Assembly: GCA_046758705.1 (NCBI GenBank)
Contig: JBHIAT010000102.1
Location: 1-13,202, forward strand
Direction: 5' to 3'
DNA length: 13,202 bases
Origin: Candidatus Bipolaricaulia bacterium
Lineage (GTDB): Bacteria > Bipolaricaulota > Bipolaricaulia > JBHIAT01
Shown here: piece by piece, positions 1-6,528 of the stretch
Position numbering within the stretch: the stretch's first letter is position 1
Layout: each line of letters begins with the position of its first letter
Program-made: the position numbers and the translations under genes
The notes under the pieces: model-generated
What the model saw: only the letters and a program-made list of their open reading frames with translations
The model's database searches: none
What the model was told of the DNA's origin: nothing

Positions 1-67
1 GTGTAACATCGAGTCTATCGACATGGGTCAGATCTTGAGTCCACTGCTTGATCTCAGCTTTTGCCAT
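1..67 (-). CDS. 5' end of a possible CDS running off the left edge (MAKAEIKQWTQDLTHVDRLDVT...), product unknown
   Basis: ATG at 67-65 on the minus strand, 22 codons open to the window edge, directly downstream of a near-consensus promoter. Too short to identify, and it could instead be a non-coding leader. Confidence 0.4.
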   Translation of the reverse strand, partial: MAKAEIKQWTQDLTHVDRLDVT

Positions 68-78
68 GCCCAGTCCAA

Positions 79-107
79 ATGATACCATACACAAATATGG
101 ACGTCAA
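79..107 (-). promoter_or_regulatory. sigma70-type promoter with extended -10
   Basis: Minus strand reads TTGACG (107-102), 17 nt spacer, TATCAT (84-79), with TG two bases before the -10 (TGgTATCAT). AT-rich intergenic context. Confidence 0.75.
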
Positions 108-150
108 ATGTCCTGAATAGGTTGGTGGAGGCGGAGAAGCAGGAAACAGC

Positions 151-181
151 AGGAGACAGGAAAATCTAGCTCCTGTCTCCT
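151..181 (-). terminator. hairpin over the oxidoreductase stop codon, possible terminator or 3' protective stem
   Basis: Perfect 11-bp inverted repeat AGGAGACAGGA (151-161) / TCCTGTCTCCT (171-181) with a 9-nt loop containing the stop codon. On the minus strand it is followed by pyrimidine-rich GCTGTTTCCTGCTTCTCC rather than a clean U-run. Confidence 0.5.
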
Positions 182-1206
182 ACCTTCAGAACGATCTTGC
201 CGAATGATTCCCGACTTTCCAGTCGCTCATGGGCCCGGGCCGCCTCCTGCAGCGGATAGATCCGATCGATCACCGGCTTCAGCTTCCCGGCCCAGATAAG
301 TTTAAGAACTTCGAGCAACTCTTTCTGCGAACCCATTGTCGATCCGATGATGTTCAGCTGACGCCAGAAGATATAGCGGATGTCGGTCTCGGCGATCGGC
401 CCGGAGGTCGCGCCGTAGGTCACCAATCGGCCTCCTCGAGCCAGGCTGCGCAGGCTCTGGGCCCAGGTGTCGGCCCCGACGCTGTCGACGACCAAGTCGA
501 CCCCCCGTTTATCGGTGAGTTGCCACACCTCACCATCGAAGTCGGTCTGAGTGTAGTTGATCAACACGTCCGCTCCCAGATCGTGGGCTTTTTCCAGCTT
601 CGCTTCGCTGCTGGCCGTGGCGAACACTTGGGCACCGTAGAGTTTTGCGATCTGAAGCGCGGCGCTCGCCACCCCACCCCCGACCCCAAGGATGAGCACG
701 TCCTCGCCGGGCCGCAGCTTCGCCCGGGTGATCAGCATGCGCCACGCGGTCATGAACACGAGCGGGACGGCGGCCGCCTCCTCGAACGACACGTGGTCCG
801 GGAGGAGGATCGCGTTGCGCGCCGGAACCCCCACCCGTTCGGCGTAGCCGCCGAGAACGTGCTCTCCGAGAATCCGGTAGGTGACACACTCACTCTCTTC
901 ACCTGCTAGACAGAACTCGCACCGTCCGCAGTTCAGCCCCGGGTTGACGACTACCCGGGTCCCCACCTCGACCGTCTCCACCCGTTCACCGACCGCTGCA
1001 ACGACGCCGGCGACGTCTGATCCCAGGATATGGGGCAGCGGCAGCTTCAGCCCCGGAATGCCCCGCCGCACAAACAGGTCGAGGTGGTTGAGCGCACAGG
1101 CGTTCACCTCGACGAGCACGTCCTCAGGCCCGATCTCCGGCTCGGGGACCTCCTCGTAGCGCAGCACCTCCACACCGCCATGCTCGTGAAACGTGACCGC
1201 TTTCAA
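166..1206 (-). CDS. MDR-superfamily zinc-binding dehydrogenase / NADPH:quinone-oxidoreductase-like protein
   Basis: 346 aa. MKAV..HGGVEVL N-terminus, ALNHLD and ILGSD in place of the catalytic-Zn Cys and GHE motifs, structural Zn CGRCEFC-x7-C retained, LGVGGGVA nucleotide-binding loop, C-terminal GKIVL. TTG start with GAGGTG Shine-Dalgarno upstream. Confidence 0.92.
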   Translation of the reverse strand: MKAVTFHEHGGVEVLRYEEVPEPEIGPEDVLVEVNACALNHLDLFVRRGIPGLKLPLPHILGSDVAGVVAAVGERVETVEVGTRVVVNPGLNCGRCEFCLAGEESECVTYRILGEHVLGGYAERVGVPARNAILLPDHVSFEEAAAVPLVFMTAWRMLITRAKLRPGEDVLILGVGGGVASAALQIAKLYGAQVFATASSEAKLEKAHDLGADVLINYTQTDFDGEVWQLTDKRGVDLVVDSVGADTWAQSLRSLARGGRLVTYGATSGPIAETDIRYIFWRQLNIIGSTMGSQKELLEVLKLIWAGKLKPVIDRIYPLQEAARAHERLESRESFGKIVLKVGDRS

Positions 1207-1424
1207 CGGATTATCACCTCATCACTCAGCTCATCGGGGTCCGGTATGTCCACATCCCCGAGATAGCCGATCAGGAGGATTCGTCTGAAGCTCGCGGGCG
1301 TGCAATTCATCCATATGTAGATCCCCCGGTATTCTCTGGCGTCATCCCGTAACCACGTCACTCGGCTCATTTGATCTGTTGCTTTGATCATTCTCTCCCT
1401 ACTTAATACCCCAGCCCGGGCCAA
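1203..1424 (-). CDS. small hypothetical protein (73 aa from TTG 1424, or 62 aa from ATG 1391)
   Basis: Fills the gap between comM and the oxidoreductase on the same strand. AGGAG lies 8 nt before the TTG, AGGGAG precedes the in-frame ATG, and its TGA overlaps the next TTG start (TTGA). No recognisable motif. Confidence 0.4.
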   Translation of the reverse strand: MARAGVLSRERMIKATDQMSRVTWLRDDAREYRGIYIWMNCTPASFRRILLIGYLGDVDIPDPDELSDEVIIR

Positions 1425-1440
1425 CGATGCAACTCCTGGC

Positions 1441-2994
1441 TTAGCGCCGGAAGCCGACCAGGCTTGCCTCCGAGCCCCGATACTGGATCGCCTCGGCTAG
1501 ATGGGCGTCGCGAATCTGCTCTGCCCCATCCAGATCGGCGATCGTTCGGGCCACCTTGAGCACCCGATGGTAGGCCCGAGCGCTCAGCGAGAAGTGATCG
1601 ATGGCGCTCTCCAGCAGCCGCTCCCCCGCTTTATCGAGAACACAGATCCGCTCGATCTCTCGGACCCCCATCCCGGCGTTCGTGTGCACGGTCACCTTCA
1701 TGCGCTGGAACCGTTCGCGTTGGATCTGGCGCGCCCGATTCACCCGCTCGCGGATCCCAGAGGACGGCTCCCCCGTCCGTTTGTGCATCAACTCCTCCTG
1801 GGTCAGCCGGGGGACCTCGATGAAGATGTCGATCCGGTCGAGCAGCGGTCCGGAGATCTTCTTGCGATAGCGCTTGATCTCATAAGGGCTGCAGACACAA
1901 CGTCGGCGCGGATCGCTAAGATATCCGCAGGGACAGGGATTCATCGCCGCTACCAGCGTGAAGTCGGCGGGGAAGGTCGCCGACGCTCCAGCCCGAGACA
2001 CCGTGATAAGCCGGTCCTCGATCGGCTGTCTTAGGGTCTCAAGCACGTGGCGACCGAACTCCGGCAGCTCATCGAGAAACAGAACGCTGTGGTGGGCGAG
2101 GCTGATCTCCCCGGGGCTCGGATTGCCGGCCCCGCCGCCGACCATTCCCGCGTAGGAGATCGTATGGTGGGGGGCACGAAACTGACGTCGGTCGATGATG
2201 GGGGAGTCGTCGGTGAGCCGACCGCAGATGCTGTAAATCTGGCTCACCTCGACCGCTTCGGCGAACGAGAGATCGGGCAGGATACTGGGGAGCCGCTTAG
2301 CGAGCATGCTCTTGCCCGAGCCGGGCGGACCGATGAGCAAGATGTGATGGCCTCCGGCGGCAGCCACCTCGAGGGCGCGCTTCGCCTGCTCCTGGCCCTT
2401 GATCTCCTCGAAGTCATGGTCGTATTTGATCTCCGCTTGCAGGTAATGCCTGAAGTCAAATCGGAACGGTTCCCGGTCGAGATCCCCGCTGAGAAAGGCG
2501 ATCGCCTCGCCGAGATTTCCGACCGGGTAGACGGACAGCTCTGAGACGACCGCCGCCTCGTTTGCGTTTCCCATCGGCAGAACGATCCCGTCCAGATCTT
2601 CGGCCTCGACGGCGGCCAAGGCGACCGGAAGCGCCCCACGCACCGGGCGCAAACTCCCGTCCAAGGAGAGTTCCCCGATCAACAGGCATCGCTCGAGCCG
2701 CCCCTCAGGAATCTGTCCGGTCGCTTCCAGAATGCTGAGCGCGATCGGAAGGTCGAGACCGACACCGGCCTTTCTGAGATCGGCCGGCGCCAAATTTGCG
2801 GTGATCCGCTTGATGGGGAACTCCAGCCCCGTGTTCTTGATGGCACTCCGGATCCGCTCCCGGCTCTCCTGAACCTCCTTCTCCGGGAGCCCGACGATCT
2901 TGAAGCCGGGGAGACCCCGGCTGACATCACACTGGACCTCGATAAGCGAGGCCGTGATCCCCATGACCGCGCCACTGATCGCTTTGGCATACAT
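1441..2994 (-). CDS. comM: YifB/ComM family Mg-chelatase-like AAA+ ATPase (branch-migration helicase)
   Basis: 517 aa. N-terminal GLPGFKIVGLPEKEVQESRERIRSA, NLAPADLRKAG..LDLPIA, GELSLDG, Walker A GPPGSGKS, FRAPHH, PGEISLAH, Walker B LFLDELPEF, AAMNPCPCG..C.C, SGPLLDRID, LSARAYHRVLKVARTIADL. SD GGAGGGG. Confidence 0.96.
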   Translation of the reverse strand: MYAKAISGAVMGITASLIEVQCDVSRGLPGFKIVGLPEKEVQESRERIRSAIKNTGLEFPIKRITANLAPADLRKAGVGLDLPIALSILEATGQIPEGRLERCLLIGELSLDGSLRPVRGALPVALAAVEAEDLDGIVLPMGNANEAAVVSELSVYPVGNLGEAIAFLSGDLDREPFRFDFRHYLQAEIKYDHDFEEIKGQEQAKRALEVAAAGGHHILLIGPPGSGKSMLAKRLPSILPDLSFAEAVEVSQIYSICGRLTDDSPIIDRRQFRAPHHTISYAGMVGGGAGNPSPGEISLAHHSVLFLDELPEFGRHVLETLRQPIEDRLITVSRAGASATFPADFTLVAAMNPCPCGYLSDPRRRCVCSPYEIKRYRKKISGPLLDRIDIFIEVPRLTQEELMHKRTGEPSSGIRERVNRARQIQRERFQRMKVTVHTNAGMGVREIERICVLDKAGERLLESAIDHFSLSARAYHRVLKVARTIADLDGAEQIRDAHLAEAIQYRGSEASLVGFRR

Positions 2995-3072
2995 CGTTCC
3001 TATCCCCTCCCTAAGCTGTGATCCTGATCTACCGCATCGACTTCCCAGTGATGCCTCGCTTACCGTCTTCTC

Positions 3073-3426
3073 CTACTCCAGTTCCAGTTGAAACACACCT
3101 TGGTGGAGCCGGATCTCCCCTCCGGAGATGGCGACGACGTCGAACCGGATATCCCAGTCCCGCTCAACCCGGCCGCCGGCCAAGTAGGCCCGGGCGGCGG
3201 TGATGAGCCTGCGGCGCTTCGCCGCGGTGATCGCCTCTTCGGGAAGACCATAGTCGTCTCCAGATCGGGCTTTGACCTCAACAAATACGAGCCAGTTCCG
3301 GTCGCGAGCGATGAGGTCGATCTCCCCACCGCGCCACCGGTAGTTCCTGGCGATGATCTCATACCCTTGGCGCCGCAAAAATTCCGCTGCGTGTGCCTCG
3401 CCACGTTCCCCGAGATCCGTTCCCAT
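3073..3426 (-). CDS. yraN: YraN family (UPF0102) PD-(D/E)XK nuclease
   Basis: 117 aa. LGERGEAHAAEFL...GYEIIARNYR..GGEIDLIA....LVFVEVKAR, PEEAIT..K, IRFDVVAI. Adjacent to comM as is commonly seen. Confidence 0.95.
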   Translation of the reverse strand: MGTDLGERGEAHAAEFLRRQGYEIIARNYRWRGGEIDLIARDRNWLVFVEVKARSGDDYGLPEEAITAAKRRRLITAARAYLAGGRVERDWDIRFDVVAISGGEIRLHQGVFQLELE

Positions 3427-3441
3427 GTTGTCTGTGGCTGC

Positions 3442-4110
3442 TCACTCCTGTTCTGTGGAGATGGAGAATTGGGCTCGGACTTGTTGTCCGTCCCCGCCGA
3501 CCGCTTCGATCCGCTCTCCGTCGAGATCGATGGTGATTCGACCGCCGCTCAACTGGAGCTCCTGTCCCGGTTCCCCTTGCTGTAGCTCAGCGTTCCCGTC
3601 CAGAACCAACCGGTTTTCGCCGCTGGCAAGAGAGAGTTGGTCGCTGGTGCCCCGCAGGTTGTTCGACGTGCTGGAAAACCGGACGCCGCCTTGGGCCTCG
3701 AAACTCTCCGAATCGAGGAAGATCTTGACCAGCGGCGCATCCAAATCGAACTGGTTCTGCTCTCCTGCCTCATTCTCTAGAAGGCCGGTGATGTGAACGT
3801 TTTGGCGAGCAACCGCAAACCCTTCATCGAGGAAGATCTCCAGCAACTCGCTCGTCAACGTCGTATCGTCGCGGATCACCTGGACGTTCCCCTGGGTGAC
3901 GGCGAACGTCTGGCCCCGGATCTCCGCCTCATCGGCCCGCACCTCGATGCCCCGGTAGTTGATCACCACGTCGCCAAAGAACTTTGCGATATCCGCCTGC
4001 AAGTTAAACTCGGCACGCTTGGCGGTAATGTCTATTGGTTGGGCAACCGCAGTGAGCAGCGGGACAAGCAACATCAGGATCAGCCCAAGTCCAATTCGTA
4101 TCATGATCAT
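3442..4110 (-). CDS. LptA/OstA-family periplasmic beta-jellyroll protein
   Basis: 222 aa. Cleavable signal peptide (RIGLGLILMLLVPLLTAVA/QP), PIDITAKR start, repeated F.GDV.I / QGNVQV / AQGGV.F / LDGNAEL.Q beta motifs, LSGGRITIDL and terminal QVRAQF, all typical of LptA. Longer than a single LptA domain. Start could be ATG 4110 or 4104. Confidence 0.75.
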   Translation of the reverse strand: MIMIRIGLGLILMLLVPLLTAVAQPIDITAKRAEFNLQADIAKFFGDVVINYRGIEVRADEAEIRGQTFAVTQGNVQVIRDDTTLTSELLEIFLDEGFAVARQNVHITGLLENEAGEQNQFDLDAPLVKIFLDSESFEAQGGVRFSSTSNNLRGTSDQLSLASGENRLVLDGNAELQQGEPGQELQLSGGRITIDLDGERIEAVGGDGQQVRAQFSISTEQE

Positions 4111-4137
4111 CTCCCACTGTCCTCCCTATCTCACCGA

Positions 4138-4167
4138 ATTATACAGATGCGGGGGAGATCGTTACAA
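4138..4167 (-). promoter_or_regulatory. sigma70-type promoter for the lptA-like/yraN/comM unit
   Basis: Minus strand TTGTAA (4167-4162), 18 nt, TATAAT (4143-4138), followed by GGGAGG/GGGAG SD-like sequences and the ATG. Confidence 0.7.
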
Positions 4168-4177
4168 CGACACCAGG

Positions 4178-4207
4178 TTGACAGATCTTTTCGACCCCTG
4201 CTAATAT
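4178..4207 (+). promoter_or_regulatory. sigma70-type promoter for the prs operon
   Basis: TTGACA (4178-4183), 18 nt, TAATAT (4202-4207) with extended TG at 4199-4200. Strong SD AAGGAGG before GTG 4258. Confidence 0.72.
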
Positions 4208-4257
4208 CTAATTGGTACAGGGATTCAGATCAGATGCGTAGTGAAGGAGGAGTATCG

Positions 4258-5214
4258 GTGGGCGAAGGGAATCGTACATTGAAGCTGGTCGCCGGGAACT
4301 CGAATCCTGAGCTTGCCCAGGAGATCAGTGAGGAGTTGGGCATCCCGTTGAGTGCGGCACAAGTCGACCGGTTCCCCGACGGGGAGATCAGCGTCCATAT
4401 CAAGGAGACGGTACGCGGTGCGGACGTCCACGTCATTCAGTCGACCTCACCGCCGGTAAACGACAACCTGATGGAGTTGTTGATCATCATCGACGCGTTG
4501 AAGCGGGCATCGGCCCACAGCATCGCCGCCGTGATTCCCTACTACGGCTATGCCCGCCAAGACCGCAAACAGAAGGGACGGGTCCCGATCAGTGCCAAGC
4601 TGGTTGCCAACCTGATCCAGACGGCCGGCGCCAATCGGGTGCTGACGATCGATCTCCATGTGGGACAGATCCAGGGATTCTTCGACATCCCGGTTGACAA
4701 CTTGCGGGTCGACCCGATCCTCGCCGATCATTTGAGCGGTGAATTCAAGGGGGCGAAGGATGCAGTCGTCGTCTCCCCGGATGTCAACGGCGTGTGGCGG
4801 GCTCGGTCGGTGGCCAAGCGGCTCGGCCTGCCGCTGGCCATCGCTGAGAAGCGCAGAACCTTCTCGGACAACTCGGCACAGGTGGTGAACGTCATCGGTG
4901 AGGTCGAGGGCAAGCGGGCGGTGATCGTCGACGACATCGTCTCCACCGGCGGGACGCTCATCGAAGTGGTCAAGGAGCTCAAACGGATGGGCGCAACCGA
5001 GATCTCGGCCGCCTGTACCCACGGGGTATTCGCCGGCGATGTCCTGAGCCGCCTGGAAAGTTTCCCGATCCGGCGAGTGATGGTCACCAACACGATCGCC
5101 GAAACCGCTTCCAGTCCGCTGATCCAACGGATCTCCATCGGTCGGCTCTTTGCCAAAACGATTCATCGTATCTATAATAAAGAGTCGGTGAGTGTCCTAT
5201 TCCCACATTATTGA
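4258..5214 (+). CDS. prs: ribose-phosphate pyrophosphokinase (PRPP synthetase)
   Basis: GTG start at 4258 after AAGGAGG (the ORF-track start at 3793 is overextended). GNSNPELA, RFPDGE, NDNLMELL, PYYGYARQDRK, DLH.GQIQGFFDIPVDNL, VVSPD, PRPP loop IVDDIVSTGGT, CTHGVF, ESVSVLF. Confidence 0.97.
   Translation: MGEGNRTLKLVAGNSNPELAQEISEELGIPLSAAQVDRFPDGEISVHIKETVRGADVHVIQSTSPPVNDNLMELLIIIDALKRASAHSIAAVIPYYGYARQDRKQKGRVPISAKLVANLIQTAGANRVLTIDLHVGQIQGFFDIPVDNLRVDPILADHLSGEFKGAKDAVVVSPDVNGVWRARSVAKRLGLPLAIAEKRRTFSDNSAQVVNVIGEVEGKRAVIVDDIVSTGGTLIEVVKELKRMGATEISAACTHGVFAGDVLSRLESFPIRRVMVTNTIAETASSPLIQRISIGRLFAKTIHRIYNKESVSVLFPHY
5150..5178 (+). promoter_or_regulatory. internal sigma70-type promoter within the prs 3' end, upstream of rplY
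   Basis: TTGCCA (5150-5155), exactly 17 nt, TATAAT (5173-5178), ending 77 nt before the rplY start. Confidence 0.65.
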
Positions 5215-5255
5215 ATCATTGAAATTGAGCCCAATCGGGTCGGGAGGGAAAGCCA

Positions 5256-5918
5256 GTGAAATCAAACAACCTGCGGGCGGTGATCAGGGACCGAGGAGAG
5301 AATCCCGGAGCCCTGCGTCGCAATGGCGTCATTCCCGGTGTCATCTACGGAGCTGACACAGAGAATCGACCCATCGCCATCGACCGCAAAGTATTGTATG
5401 AACTTCTCTCGAAAATTACCCGCAGTTCGAAGATCCAACTCACTTTGGATGGGGATGACCAGGGGCGGAAAGGACCCCTGAATGTCCTGATCAAAGAGAT
5501 CCAGCGGGATCCCCTGACCGACGAGGTGATCCATATCGACTTCTACGCACCGCCCTCCGATCGAGAGATCGTGGTGAATGTGCCGTTAAAGTTGATCGGC
5601 AAATCGACGGGAGGGCAGCAGGGGGGCATCCTGGCACAGCTGGTGGAGGCCGTCGCGGTCAAAGCCACCTTCGACAGGGTCCCCGAGTTCGTTGAACTCG
5701 ACATCCAGGAGTTGGGGCTCGGAGACACCCTCCATGTGCGGGACATCGAGCTCGAAGGGGCCGAAGTGAATATGCTTCCGGACCAGGGACTGGTGACCGT
5801 GTTCGCACCAAGACGAGAGGAGATCGTGGAGGAGGTCGAGGCTGAGGTCGAGGCTGAGGCAGCTGTAGAAGGAGAAAGGGAAGGGGAAACCGAGGAGCCG
5901 GAGGGTGAGGCCGGATAA
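5256..5918 (+). CDS. rplY: 50S ribosomal protein L25 / general stress protein Ctc (long form)
   Basis: 220 aa. LRRNGVIPGVIYG, VLIKEIQRDPL...IHIDFY, VNVPLKLIG..G...GG, PEFVELDI..L.LGD.LHV.DI, acidic tail. GTG start with GGGAGGG SD. Conserved prs-rplY-pth order. Confidence 0.96.
   Translation: MKSNNLRAVIRDRGENPGALRRNGVIPGVIYGADTENRPIAIDRKVLYELLSKITRSSKIQLTLDGDDQGRKGPLNVLIKEIQRDPLTDEVIHIDFYAPPSDREIVVNVPLKLIGKSTGGQQGGILAQLVEAVAVKATFDRVPEFVELDIQELGLGDTLHVRDIELEGAEVNMLPDQGLVTVFAPRREEIVEEVEAEVEAEAAVEGEREGETEEPEGEAG
5832..5855 (+). repeat. in-frame 12-bp tandem duplication (EVEA x2) in the L25 acidic tail
   Basis: GAGGTCGAGGCT at 5832-5843 and 5844-5855. Confidence 0.8.
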
Positions 5919-5940
5919 CGCCCCTGCAGAACCCATATCG

Positions 5941-6513
5941 ATGATCGTAGATGGGCGAACCGGGGTCTTCGGCCTTGGCAACCCCGGAGAGATCTACAAG
6001 AACACGAGACATAACATTGGGTTCATGGTGGTCGACCGTTACCTCGAACGCCACCCCGGGGTTCAAAGCTTAGAACGATCCGATGCGATCGTCTACCCCA
6101 TCGGGCGGACATTGATGGTGAAGCCAACCACCTACATGAACCGGAGTGGGATCGCTGTGAGCGGGATTGTGGAGGCGTATGAGTTGGCGTTGTGGGACTG
6201 CTTGATCATCCATGACGATGTGGATATCGAATTCGGCCGGATCAAAGCGGTCATGCGGGGAGGTCCCGGAACCCATCGGGGAGTGCGCTCGATCGTCGAG
6301 GCCTTAGGGACGGAGGCGGTGCCCCGGTTGAAGGTGGGTATCGGCGGAGCCAGGCGGGAGGAACGGGAGGATCTCATAGCATACGTGCTGTCGGAATTCG
6401 AACTGGACGAACAGAAGGTCCTTCCAGAGATTCTAGGGCGGGGTGCAACGGCGGTTGCCTGCTTCATCGAAGCAGGGATCGAGCAGGTGATGAACGACTT
6501 CAACCAGAGGTGA
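5941..6513 (+). CDS. pth: peptidyl-tRNA hydrolase
   Basis: GLGNPG..Y..TRHNIGF, KPTTYMNRSG, IIHDDVD...GRI, GTHRGVRSI, RLKVGIG, YVLS.F, MNDFN. Start uncertain (ATG 5941 chosen; GTG 5905 would overlap rplY). Confidence 0.95.
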   Translation: MIVDGRTGVFGLGNPGEIYKNTRHNIGFMVVDRYLERHPGVQSLERSDAIVYPIGRTLMVKPTTYMNRSGIAVSGIVEAYELALWDCLIIHDDVDIEFGRIKAVMRGGPGTHRGVRSIVEALGTEAVPRLKVGIGGARREEREDLIAYVLSEFELDEQKVLPEILGRGATAVACFIEAGIEQVMNDFNQR

Positions 6514-6528
6514 TCCAAGGTGCCTAAG

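Noticed and set aside
40..70. GCUGAGA and GGCAAA words suggesting a TPP or c-di-GMP riboswitch
   Set aside because: The other conserved elements of those aptamers are absent in the visible sequence.
1000..1100. Loss of catalytic-zinc ligands in the MDR enzyme as a sign of pseudogenisation or novelty
   Set aside because: Asn in place of Cys and GSD in place of GHE, with the structural zinc retained, is typical of a known quinone-reductase-like MDR subfamily.
3020..3056. CACUGGGAAG...UCAGGA resembling part of a cobalamin riboswitch
   Set aside because: The 5' half and the B12-box continuation are missing, the 78-nt spacer is too short, and comM is not a B12-related gene.
3793..4257. Apparent 155-aa N-terminal extension of Prs
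   Set aside because: It overlaps the lptA-like gene on the other strand and both promoters. The real start is GTG 4258 after AAGGAGG.
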